A DNA stretch of 63,472 nt, counting the filler, from Welwitschia mirabilis (taxonomy: Eukaryota): the NCBI GenBank assembly GCA_051453625.1. It is 6 parts of one record of this genome, joined end to end, with 100 filler letters (N's around TTAATTAATTAA, not from the genome) between each part and the next. Parts side by side here need not be neighbours in the genome. Positions count along the whole stretch, not along the records: positions 30,641 to 44,679 come from JBOZIK010000001.1; positions 44,780 to 55,243 come from JBOZIK010000001.1; 4 more parts are not named here. The stretch is one strand, 5' to 3'. Both the position numbers and the translations under genes were made by a program. The notes under the pieces were generated by a model. It made no database searches and had not been told where the DNA came from. It saw only the letters and a program-made list of their open reading frames with translations. This document shows positions 38,760 through 50,473 of the stretch, piece after piece (position 1 is the first letter of the stretch; every line of letters begins with the position of its first letter).

Positions 38760-41700
38760 AAAAAATCTCTTTTATTAGAAATGGACCTTTCCACTTAGAA
38801 ATTAGTTTTCTTAAAAATAAATATAATCGTGAGTTATAGAGCAAAAGTAGTTCTTCTTCTTTAAACATTTTTCTAAGGATGTTTTGATCATGCAATTTTT
38901 TAATCCTTTATTTATTGATTTTCATATTTTCATAGGCATTATTCCTGATTTCATCTAACTCATTAAATTGTATGACCCTTTTCTTCCTTACTATCTTCAT
39001 ATCCAAGTTCATGTTTTTAATAGCCTAATACACTTTGCATTCAAGTTCGATGAGTAAATGACAAGATTTTTCATAGACTAAGCTGGATAAGAACATTCAT
39101 AAAGGTGTCTTATAAGCTATTTGATAGGCTCATAAAATGTGATTAAGCTCAAAATACCAATCTTTTCTAGTATAATTTACTACCTTTTATTAAATGTTTT
39201 TAATTTCTCTATTTTTAACTTCAATTTAACTATTAGTTTGGGGATGGTAAGGTGTGGAACTTTATGAATGATCNNNNNNNNNNNNNNNNNNNNNNNNNNN
39301 NNNNNNNNNNNNNNNNNNNNNNNNNNNNNNNNNNNNNNNNNNNNNNNNNNNNNNNNNNNNNNNNNNNNNNNNNTCTTGAAAATAAATATAATCGTGAGTT
39401 ATAGAGTAAAAGTAGATCTCCTTCTTTAAACATTTTCCTAAGGATGTTTTGATCATGTAATTTTTTAATCCTTTATTTATTGATTTTCATGTTTTCATAG
39501 GAGTTATTCCTGATTTCATCTAACTCATTAAATTTTATGGCCCTTTTCTTTCTTACTATCTTCATATTCAAGTTCATGTTTTTAATCGCCTAATACACCT
39601 TGTATTCAAGTTCGATGAGTAAATGACAAGATTTTCCATAGACTAAGCTAGATAAGAACATTTCTAAAGTGTCTTATAAGCTATATAATAGGCTCATAAA
39701 ATGTGATTAAGCTTAAAATACCAATCTTTTCTAGAATAATTTACTACCTTTTATTAAATGTTTTTAATTTCTCTATTTTTAACCTCAACTTGACTATTAG
39801 TTTGGGGATGGTAAGGTATGCAACTTTATGAATGATCTCATACTTAGAAAAAAGGTTTTTAAAAATTCTATTATGAAAGTGCATTTCACTATCACTAATG
39901 AAAACTCAAGGATAACCAAATCGTGTTAAGATATTTTCTTTAAATAATTTCACCATTGTTTGAGCATTGTTAGATTGATACATGTATGCTTCTACCCATT
40001 TAGAAATGTAATTGATACAAATAAGAATATATTCATGTGTATTTGAGGAAGGATATGGGCCTTGAAAGTTAATACCAAATATTAAAGGGTTTAATGATGA
40101 CAATGGGATTTATAGGTATCATATGCTTTCATGAAAGACTACTAAGTTTTTGACAATTTTCACAAGTTTTAAAATATAGATAGGAGTCCTTAAAAATAGA
40201 TGATCAATAAAAACTAGATTGAAGAATTTTTGTGATTGTTTTATTGGCAGAATAATAGCCACTATAAGCTTCAAAATGGAAATGCTTAATAATGTTAGGT
40301 TTTAAATTAAGGGACATATTAATAAATGATTTGATCTAGGTAAGACTTAAACAGATAAGGATCATCTTAAAAGAAGTATTTATCCTAGCTCAAGAATATT
40401 TTTCTATTGTTAAAGGTCTAGTGAGAGGAAATAATCTTGGAAACTAAGTGTTTTGGATTATTTGCAATTCAAAATATTTTTGAAACTGAGAAGAGGCATT
40501 TGAAAAGATACAATTGATGAAAGGAATGTTTGCATGTTTTCTAGTTATTAATGAAATGTGGTCTGCAACTATGTTATCAAAGTTCTTTTTGTTCTTAATT
40601 TCTAAATCAAACTCCTATAAAAGCAAGATCCATCTAATTAATATAAGCTTTAAACCATTTTTAGTAAATAAGTATTTAAGAACTGATTGATATATGTAGA
40701 TAATTATCTTAAAGGCTAATAGATATTACCTTAATTTTTCTAAGGAAAATACTATGATAAGGAGCTCATTTTCTATGATACTATAGTTTAGTTAAGTGTT
40801 ACTTAGAGTTTTACTAGCACAATAAATTATAGTTGGTTTTATATCTATTATTTATTTTAAAATAGCATAATCACTGGTATCACACATAAGTTCAACAAGT
40901 AACTTCCAATTAGGTGGTTAAATGATAAGAGTTGAGGTAAGTTTTTCCTTAATTTTATCAAAAGCATGTTGATACTTGCAGATCCAATTGAAAGAGGTGT
41001 CTTTGTCTAGTAGGTCATACAACAATTTGGGGATGTTTCTAAAGTATTTAATGAATCTCTTGTAATATCTTACATGCCCTAAAAGGGATCTAATATATTT
41101 TTACTTTTGTAGAGTAAGCAGTTGTGTGATTAGAGAAACTTTCATAGGTTTTACTTAAATTTCTTCTGAAGAGATAATGTGTGCTAATAGTATGGCTTTA
41201 CTAATCATGAAATGATATTTTTTCCAATTAAGAAATAAAGAGTTTTTCTATACATCGCATAAGAACAAGATCTAAGTTATGAAGACAATGGTTGAAAGAT
41301 GCCCCATAGATATAGAAATCATCCATAAATATTTCAATTCATGAGTCTAATAAGTCAAAAAAACATTCTAATCATGAAATCTTAAAATGTTATAGGCATA
41401 TTGCATAACCCAAAAGGCATTCTTTTATAAGTAAATATTTCATATAGATCCTCAGGATCTATTTCTATTTGGTTATACCTTGAATACCTATCTAAAAAGT
41501 AGTAAATAGGATATCCTGTAAGTTGTTCAAAAATTTCATTAGAAAATAAAAGAGGAAAATTATCCTTTTTCACAATAGCATTTAGTTTTCTATAATCTAT
41601 ACATATTCTTCATTTGACTATAGGTCTAGTGGGGATTTGTTTTTTGTATTCATTTAGTACTAGGGTAANNNNNNNNNNNNNNNNNNNNNNNNNNNNNNNN

Positions 41701-42314
41701 NNNNNNNNNNNNNNNNNNNNNNNNNNNNNNNNNNNNNNNNNNNNNNNNNNNNNNNNNNNNNNNNNNNNCAGCATTTAGTTTTCTATAATCTATACACATT
41801 CTTCATTTGACTATAGGTTTAGTGGGGATGTGTTTTTTGTTTTCATTTAGTACTAGGGTAATTCTAAATTTATTTGCTACTATTTTAGTTGAACTTATCC
41901 ATTTATTATCTATGATGGAGTAAATAATTTCATTGTCTAAGAGTTTGATTACTTCATTCTTTCCTATCGCTTTCAAGGTTAGTTTTACCCTTTACTAGGA
42001 TTCTATGGATGGATTAGCATTTTTTTAAGTAAATGTAATGCATGAAAATGCTATGATCAATAAACCTAATGACAAAGAGGGTTCATCCTATTACTTACCT
42101 ATATTTCTTTAAGAGGTTTAGCAACTCCATTTTTTGGGATGTTGATAAGGAAGAATTTATTACTACTAATAAAATGAAATTTTTTCCTACTAAAGAATAT
42201 TTGAGATCTTTTATAAGATGCTTAATTTTAATACAAGATTCATCTTAAGTGATATTCATCCTCTTGAGAAAATTCTAAGGCATCATTCTTATGGCAATAA
42301 GTGGAGGATTCTTA
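38760..42314 (-). pseudogene. pol: Decayed pol of a more distant Athila-type element: RT ~41100-42060, RNase H ~40540-40950, integrase ~38760-40400 (tail duplicated across a gap)
   Basis: ORF 41382-41573 (KKDNFPL...YYFLDRYSRYNQI...RMPFGLCN), IFMDDF at ~41320, ORF 39906-40103 (FGINFQGPYPSS...YISKWVEA...ILTRFGYP), ORF 39233-39433 (FKEGDLLLLYNSRL). Confidence 0.9.
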
Positions 42315-44564
42315 TGAAGGATCAACAAACCTTAGAGGAGGTGTGAATAGGTTTTTAATAAATATTTCCTCTTAAACATATAAACACATATAAAATTATT
42401 TTAAGAAAAAAGAAAGAAACTAGCTAAAGAAATTTAATGAGTGCTATCAAAAAGAATATAACAGTAAAAAAAAAAAAAGAAATTGCACACTAGACGAGTG
42501 ATTTATAATGATTCAAGGAACTCCCCTACTCCACTCTTAGCTATTANNNNNNNNNNNNNNNNNNNNNNNNNNNNNNNNNNNNNNNNNNNNNNNNNNNNNN
42601 NNNNNNNNNNNNNNNNNNNNNNNNNNNNNNNNNNNNNNNNNNNNNNNNNNNNNNNNNNNNNNNNNNNNNNNNNNNNNNNNNNNNNNNNNNNNNNNNNNNN
42701 NNNNNNNNNNNNNNNNNNNNNNNNNNNNNNNNNNNNNNNNNNNNNNNNNNNNNNNNNNNNNNNNNNNNNNNNNNNNNNNNNNNNNNNNNNNNNNNNNNNN
42801 NNNNNNNNNNNNNNNNNNNNNNNNNNNNNNNNNNNNNNNNNNNNNNNNNNNNNNNNNNNNNNNNNNNNNNNNNNNNNNNNNNNNNNNNNNNNNCTTTTGT
42901 AAGCTAAGTCTTAAACTTCAACATCAAATTTTACAGGTTAAGTCTCAACCTTCACAATGGACTTTTCAAGCTTAGTTTCAACCTATAGCATGAACTTTTC
43001 AAGGCTTAGTCTCAACCTTTATAAAAAATGATAGTGATGTAGTGATACCTCAATAGCATAAATATCACTCGACCAGAAATTAGTATAATAGATGGAGCTT
43101 TTATCTTGTAGTATTACACTAATGATGCTCTAGATTTGACTTTGAATGCAGTACATGTATCAATAATAGATCTCCTCTAGTTAGATGTGTAGAGGCTAAG
43201 ATACAACAATGATAATGATATCAATACAAAGCTTAATATTTTAGATTCAAATGAGTTAGCCAAATGAGAATACTTCCAAAAGAAATCTTGGTTATCTATA
43301 GCTTAGCTATTTATAATGGAAGGATATTAGGGTTTAGTACATTTGAATTGCACCTTCAACGAATATAAATAGCTAGAAAATGGCTACCTAACAGTTAAAT
43401 AATGGATACATAATGTTTAAAAAAATTTCTTTTTTGTGTTGTTCAGTCAACTTTATAAAAGTCCAGTCGACCCCATGTGGTATCGTGAATTACACAGGTT
43501 ACTAGAAAGAGAAATTTGGTCACCCTAGGTTTTTACGTCTCCAAGTCCAGTAAACCCCATTTGGGTTTGATTGATCCCAGTCTAATTGATCCATCCTGGG
43601 TTGAGTCGACTCCTTATCTTTTAGTCTGGAAATACTGTCTATCAAGTCCTCCAATCTAGTTAACCACATGAAAATCCGATCAACTCCTTAACATTTGGTT
43701 TAGGGATACTTATTCTCCAAGTTATAGGTTTGGTTGACCCCATCAGAATTTGGTTGATCCCTCTGGATTCAGTTCATTTTTCTTTAATAGCTTAAGGTGT
43801 GATCGACCCCTTTAAGATCTAGTCAACTCCTTTAAGATTTAGTCGACCCCTCTAGAAGGTGAATCAATTAAACATATTTTTGGTACATATTTCAGTTCCA
43901 TCTTCAACTTGTAAAAACTCAAACTCTTCTGTACAACATGTACAACATTCGCTATATGAGAGATATTAGTTTGACATCAATTAGTAAAATATAATTCAAC
44001 AATCTCTCTCTCTTTGACATTGATGGTAAACAAATAAGTTATTTTAAGATTAAATAATTTTAAGCCCTTTTACCAAATAAATTTAAAGTATATTATCATA
44101 ATAAGAACCCCCCTTCCCCCCTTTCCTTTCACAAAGCCATACAAACAACATTTAAGCAAAGGGCATATATAAAATATTTCTAAAAAAACCATTTTTAATT
44201 GATGCATATGTTTCAAAATACTACATTTTCTCCCCATTTGACATCAATGGGAAAGAATTATAAACCTTAAATATGTGCCTAGAAATATCAGATTTTTTCT
44301 CCCCTTAACATTATACCATAGTAACAATCCAAGTTTGAGACAAGTTAAGGTATTTTGAACAAACGATATTTTGTGCTTTTGAATGTATCCAAATTAATTA
44401 TACATAATTTAGAAAATAAAAAAGCACAATGATAATCATAATGTGATCAAAGATACTTATTTAATTAGATGATACAAATATTTAAGAGTCATTTTGAAAT
44501 GTTATAATCAATTTCAAGCTTTCTAAAACAAGCACATATAATTTCACACTACCAAATGAGATAT
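42315..44564 (-). mobile_element. 3' end of a Sirevirus element inserted into the gypsy pol: LTR 42315-44001 and multi-PPT region
   Basis: Element-sense TGTCAAAGAGAGAGAGAT|TGTTGAA ... CCTATTCACACCTCCTCTAAGG...TCCTTCA. Extra PPT copies at ~44107-44125, ~44228-44241 and ~44295-44306. GTCGACCCC repeats at 43440-43860. Confidence 0.88.
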
Positions 44565-44679
44565 TGTAACACCCCAACTTTAATTACCCTAATTAACCAT
44601 AATTTTTTTTTTTTTGGGTTATTAACTATCATGCGCAACGGAACCTAGGATCAAATCCTAATTAGACTCTATTAACACA
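44565..44679. mobile_element. Terminus of a probable Tekay/Del-type LTR
   Basis: Begins TGTAACACCCC, a common chromovirus LTR terminus; only 115 nt available before the spacer. Confidence 0.45.
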
Positions 44680-44779
44680 NNNNNNNNNNNNNNNNNNNNN
44701 NNNNNNNNNNNNNNNNNNNNNNNTTAATTAATTAANNNNNNNNNNNNNNNNNNNNNNNNNNNNNNNNNNNNNNNNNNNN
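44680..44779. other. Artificial scaffold spacer
   Basis: N44-TTAATTAATTAA-N44. Confidence 0.97.
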
Positions 44780-45116
44780 AAAGGTAACAACCGTCGAAGA
44801 AAGAAAAAATATCAGTGCAATAACATTGGAGAACTTAAAGGCAATTTTCAAACCTATGAACTTAAATTTACTAAAGATAAAAGTTAAGGTATTGCTTTGA
44901 AATGTATGCAGGAGGATTATAGATTTGACAGATCAGATGAAGAGCTTGATAATGATGAGGTGGCTCTTCTAGCTAGACATTTTAAAAGATTTCTTTATAG
45001 AAAAAGGGAAGGAGAATCAAGCAAGAATCCAAGGAAAAGTAATTTAAAACAAAGAAGAGAATAGGAGAAGGAAAGAAAATCCAGTGCTATTCATGTAAAG
45101 GATTTGGACATATGGC
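44780..45116 (+). pseudogene. gag: Ty1/copia (Sirevirus-like) gag fragment ending in an interrupted zinc knuckle
   Basis: KVTTVEERKNISAITLE/LKGNFQTYEL (cf. KVTAIEE..DL...LEEL.G.L.TYE) and KIQCYSCKGFGHMA, cut by the Athila LTR at 45117. Confidence 0.8.
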
Positions 45117-46654
45117 AGTTTTACCATCAACTTATGTGTATTTGATAGGGTATTTTGAGTTGTTTTGCAGGTGAATTAATAGATAAATTCTTAATCCTTA
45201 TGATAATTAAAAACTAAGATGAAGAGAATGAAAACATGAAGTTTCCAAATAAATTACAAGTATTTCATGTAGATATGGATAAATTGTATTTTTGGATAAT
45301 AGTCCCACAAACAATAAGCAATCAGGCTGACTTAAGATTGAGAAAATACCACTGTCTATCTCATCATCCAGNNNNNNNNNNNNNNNNNNNNNNNNNNNNN
45401 NNNNNNNNNNNNNNNNNNNNNNNNNNNNNNNNNNNNNNNNNNNNNNNNNNNNNNNNNNNNNNNNNNNNNNNNNNNNNNNNNNNNNNNNNNNNNNNNNNNN
45501 NNNNNNNNNNNNNNNNNNNNNNNNNNNNNNNNNNNNNNNNNNNNNNNNNNNNNNNNNNNNNNNNNNNNNNNNNNNNNNNNNNNNNNNNNNNNNNNNNNNN
45601 NNNNNNNNNNNNNNNNNNNNNNNNNNNNNNNNNNNNNNNNNNNNNNNNNNNNNNNNNNNNNNNNNNNNNNNNNNNNNNNNNNNNNNNNNNNNNNNNNNNN
45701 NNNNNNNNNNNNNNNNNNNNNNNNNNNNNNNNNNNNNNNNNNNNNNNNNNNNNNNNNNNNNNNNNNNNNNNNNNNNNNNNNNNNNNNNNNNNNNNNNNNN
45801 NNNNNNNNNNNNNNNNNNNNNNNNNNNNNNNNNNNNNNNNNNNNNNNNNNNNNNNNNNNNNNNNNNNNNNNNNNNNNNNNNNNNNNNNNNNNNNNNNNNN
45901 NNNNNNNNNNNNNNNNNNNNNNNNNNNNNNNNNNNNNNNNNNNNNNNNNNNNNNNNNNNNNNNNNNNTTTACCAAATGTTTTCTCGAGTTGTCGCCACTT
46001 CTTTGCAACTTTACTTTGCATGTCAACTAGGATTTCTCCTTCACTTCTCTGTCAGTTTCCCTTTCTTTTTTGTCTATAAATAAAGGTCTCCCCCTCGATC
46101 CCTAATCATCTTCTATAGTACCTGACATTCTTGTAACAAGAGATGTTAGAATCAAAGAACTATCTTGTAATCCAAAGAGACATTACCTTGGTGTTGAGTA
46201 GTGTATCCTCCATTGAGGAATGAATACTTTGTGATACAGATGTCTTTTATTCTTTTTAATATGAATTATCCNNNNNNNNNNNNNNNNNNNNNNNNNNNNN
46301 NNNNNNNNNNNNNNNNNNNNNNNNNNNNNNNNNNNNNNNNNNNNNNNNNNNNNNNNNNNNNNNNNNNNNNNNNNNNNNNNNNNNNNNNNNNNNNNNNNNN
46401 NNNNNNNNNNNNNNNNNNNNNNNNNNNNNNNNNNNNNNNNNNNNNNNNNNNNNNNNNNNNNNNNNNNNNNNNNNNNNNNNNNNNNNNNNNNNNNNNNNNN
46501 NNNNNNNNNNNNNNNNNNNNNNNNNNNNNNNNNNNNNNNNNNNNNNNNNNNNNNNNNNNNNNNNNNNNNNAGCATACTATGTTTATGCATCTTATTTGTA
46601 ATTAACAAGATTTAGATCAAGACATGAAACATTGCATAAATTCACACTGCAACA
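45117..46654 (+). repeat. 5' LTR (two internal gaps; TATA-like CTATAAATAAAGG at ~46074)
   Basis: Ends TTGCATAAATTCACACTGCAACA, immediately before the PBS. Confidence 0.88.
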
Positions 46655-46657
46655 AAT

Positions 46658-46675
46658 TGGTGTTGTTGCCAGAGA
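46658..46675 (+). promoter_or_regulatory. Primer-binding site, decayed tRNA-Asp type
   Basis: TGGTGTTGTTGCCAGAGA is the Athila PBS TGGCGCCGTTGCCGGGGA after C>T and G>A changes; 3 nt after the LTR end. Confidence 0.85.
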
Positions 46676-47189
46676 AGGCTATTTGGAAATTGAGAGTTGT
46701 TGTTGCTTTGGTCAATATTCTAGATGTTTGTTGTAGTAGTGGTGTACTAGTATTCTGTAATTTTTTTGTTTTAGTTTTAATTTTTAGTAACCTCTGATGT
46801 CTCCTTCGTCGTCCAGACGTCATAGTCAGACGACTATCCCTTTTTAGCTTTCCCTCTTTCTGTGGTTATCTATGTTTTTTGTCTTTGTCATCCAAGATAT
46901 CATCCGAATGACATACAAGATAATGCTTCAGCCCTAAGACCAAATGGTTAAGATTGGAAAAAGTAAAAAATATCAAAGAGAGAAATAGTTCATTGCAGAA
47001 AATATCAGAAAATTTTGCTAAATTTTTAATTTGAAAATCAAAACAACCCAAGTACGCAAACTTTAAAATTTCTTAAAATTTATAGAAGAGTTTGATTTTA
47101 ATTTTGAAAAATCTAATACCATTCAACCACTTACTAAAAACAACCTATCTCTTTGAATACACCCCTTATCGTTAGAACCATTACTCCTA

Positions 47190-49395
47190 CTCCTCATGTG
47201 ACTCTAAGAGATCTCATAGCAAATAAATGACTTGAAATACAAAACCCTTTTGACTTACCTCCTAGCGATGATGTGGAACTTAAAAACTTAAATGCTTACC
47301 CTGCCTTTCAAGGAGAACTTGATGAAAATCCCCTATAACACATCGTTGAAATTGAACAACTCATTCTTACTTCCGATGATGGTAAAAAGTATATAACTGA
47401 TAGAACCTACATGGTCATTTTTCCTATCACATTACAAGATCAGGCTAAAATTTGGCTTAGAAAAATCCCTTATCAGAGCTTAAAATCTTGAAGTCAAGTT
47501 CAAGAAGCCTTTATCAAAAGATTTAAGAATGAAACCACCATCCGGAAATGTAAGAAAGAAGTCACAAACTTCTAATAACTACCTAATGAATACTACGCCT
47601 TTGCCTATGAGAGATTTTTTGTGGCTTTACACTCAAATACTTTAGATGCCTTTTCTGAAATAGAATTAATAGACTATTTTTATAGTGGGTTAAATAGTTA
47701 CATCAAGAAACTTGTAGATTTCTCTTATAGAGGTAACCTCCTAAATAAAACTTTAGAAGATTCTTAGAAAATATTAGAAGATTTAGTCAAAGTAAGTCAA
47801 ACTTGGCCAAAACCCTTATTTAAAGAAAATAGAATAGTAGGCCAAATCATCAAAGACCTTAAAAAAGTCAAACACGAGAAAGCTACAATCAAAATAGAAT
47901 ATGAACTAACTAGCGGTATTAAGGATTTTACTTCTACTTTAGAGAAATACACCTAGATAATTCTTAATGCTAAAGTGGCAACTGAGAAAATTCAAATTAT
48001 TATTCCAACTTGTAATTTGTGCAAGGATAGTTATTAGGTAAGGAAAGAGTATCCTTTACTTTCTACATGTAAAGAGAGAATTTATGAAGAAGTTCATGCT
48101 TTGAACCAAGGACCTTTCAACTACACTCAAACTTATAATCAAAGACAAGTCCCCAATTACAATTTTCAAGTACATTATCTTAACTCCCAATCGTTTTGAA
48201 ATAGATTTGATCATCAAAACTTTCAATCCAGCCATCTAAATGAATTGGCAAGCCCTTCCAACTCCCAGAACCATAGTTATCCTCTTAGGAATTCTATTGA
48301 GGAGTTGAGAAAAACTTAAGAAAAGACAAATGCAAACATAGAAAATTTTTTAAACATTTTACAATAAACCATTCTTGCCAATCAAAGACCAAAAAGGACC
48401 CTTGCCACTTAATTTTTACTAAATCCTAACAAAGTATGAAAAGATTATAAGGTGGTGATAAGGAGTGGAAATGACATAACTCCCTCTACTCATAAGGCTT
48501 CAACTTTTTAAAATGACAAGAACGATGAGGAAGAGGACATAGAAATCTTAGAAAATTATTCCTTCCCTTTTTCACTTCACAACAAAAAGAAAGATTAATC
48601 CAAAAAGAAACCTACTACCCCATGGCTTAATAGGCTTAATGAAAACCCTATCTTTAATGATTATTTGAAAGCCTTAATGTAAAACATAAGCATTAACTTA
48701 TCTTTTTGGAAAATTTGCAAGAAATCCTAAATACTCTAAGATATAAAAAGACCTAATAAGAAGAAAACAAAAATGAACTATCCCTAGTAAAGTCTTCCTA
48801 GCTCAATTCATTAGCAACTTAGTTTTCAAGAAGTGTCCAAAATTTAAAGATCCAGGGGTAGCAATTATTAGTATCACTTTAGAGGAAAATCGAAGAATTA
48901 AAAAAGCCTTGATAGATAGGAGCTAGTGTTAATATCATGCCCTTGTACATTTATAAATGTTTAGGATTGAAAGAATGAATAGAACCTACATAAATTATCT
49001 TAGAGTTAGCTAATACATCTATAAAAATATCCTTACATATAATTAAGGACTTAGTTATTCAGATCGAGAAAGCTTTCTACCCCATAGATGTAGTTGTTTT
49101 AGAAGTTAAGCATCCAAATTGATATCTTCTACTTCTAGATAGAGCTTTCTATGTAACTGTCCATTGCATCATAGACACTAGAACTAGATTAATGAAATGT
49201 CACTTCGAAAATAAACGATTTTCAATATAAGTATTTGATGCAGCTGAAAAAGATTTAAAAAATGATTTAGATTTAGAAGAAGATATAAAACATAGCCTAT
49301 ATTTACAGAACCATCCAAACCTAAAACAAATTGTAAAAGAATAAATCATAAAAGTTATGGGTGGAAAATGGTGTGTACACATAGAAAATGATTAA
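47190..49395 (+). pseudogene. gag: Decayed gag-protease with a vestigial RT stub
   Basis: FQGELDENP, FPITLQDQAKIWL and DYFYSGLN (gag); KFKDPG and ALID..ASVNIMP (protease); then NLKQIVKE*IIKVMGGKWCVHIEND*. Confidence 0.88.
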
Positions 49396-49813
49396 AATGA
49401 CATGAGTATTTTTAGATACAACTATAAACATAGTAGAAGCATTTGTTTTCTACCTAAGTTATTTTTTAGTCTACTCTTTAGGTTAAATATTGTAAATTTA
49501 CTTGATCATCTTTTAACTTAACTTGTATATTACTTTATAAAGTATTATAATTAGGCATTTATAAGTGGTAATATTGGATTCACCCAATCTTGAGACATTC
49601 CCATGTTTGTATACTGTACTTATAGGAAGATACCTTATTTCTTGTGTTGTTTTTTTCAATGATGGGTAAATCCTAAGTTATCAAGGAGTGTTGTTTTTTT
49701 GTATTTTACTTTACTTATTCATCTTAGTCTTTCTTAAGTGTATTATCTTGTGGGAATTATCTTTTATTTAATATAAAAAAAGGACAAAAAGAAAAAAAAA
49801 GAAAAGTAAAAAG

Positions 49814-49954
49814 TATGATGTCCTACTGTAAGTACACTAGGCAAATATTTCTGAGAGGAGCCTTTGGCAGTGTAATATGGTAGCTGTGGGAACTCCACTG
49901 GGGGATCAGTTGGTCATGCTTCGTGGGTTCTTACTCCTCTGATAGTGGTCGCAC
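49814..49954 (+). other. Conserved non-coding module (copy 4, cut by gap)
   Basis: TATGATGTCCTAC...CTGAGAGGAGCCTTTGGCAG...GGTAGCTGTGGGAACTCCACTGGGGGATCAGTTGGTCATGCTTCGTGGGTTCTTACTCCTCTGATAGTGGTCGCAC. Confidence 0.75.
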
Positions 49955-50318
49955 NNNNNNNNNNNNNNNNNNNNNNNNNNNNNNNNNNNNNNNNNNNNNN
50001 NNNNNNNNNNNNNNNNNNNNNNNNNNNNNNNNNNNNNNNNNNNNNNNNNNNNNNTGATTAGTTTTATACTTAAGCATTTATAAGTGGTAAGATTGGATTA
50101 TCACAATCTTGAGACATTCCCATGTCTATGGATTGTATTTACAAGAATATATGTTGTTTCTTATGTTGTTTTTTTTGTGGTTAAGTCTTAAGTTATCGAG
50201 GAGTATTCTTTTCTGTCATTTACTTTACTTATTCACCTTAGTCTTTCTTAAGTGTGTGATCCTATTGGAATTATCTTTTATATTTAAAAAAAAAGAAAGA
50301 AAGAAAAAAATAAAAAAG

Positions 50319-50473
50319 TATGATGTCCTACCGTAAGTACACTGAGGTAAATATTTCCGAGAGGAGCCTTTGGCAGTATAATATGGTAGCTGTGGGAACT
50401 CTACTGGGGGTCAGTTGGCAATGCTTCATGGGTCCTTACTCCTGTGACAGTGGTTGCACTCCTCTCATCATGG
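50319..50473 (+). other. Conserved non-coding module (copy 5, complete)
   Basis: Same motif order as the other copies, ending GTGGTTGCACTCCTCTCATCATGG. Confidence 0.75.

Noticed and set aside
49850-49900. Hammerhead, twister or hairpin ribozyme cores in the module
   Set aside because: No complete CUGANGA/GAAA core or twister pseudoknot found by eye on either strand; only short chance-level matches such as ACACTGCCAA.
50390-50466. Faint resemblance of the module to 5S rRNA (GAACTC...CAGTT...TGCTT...GTTGCAC), as in Cassandra elements
   Set aside because: Spacing and internal promoter boxes do not match, and it sits in the internal spacer rather than in an LTR.
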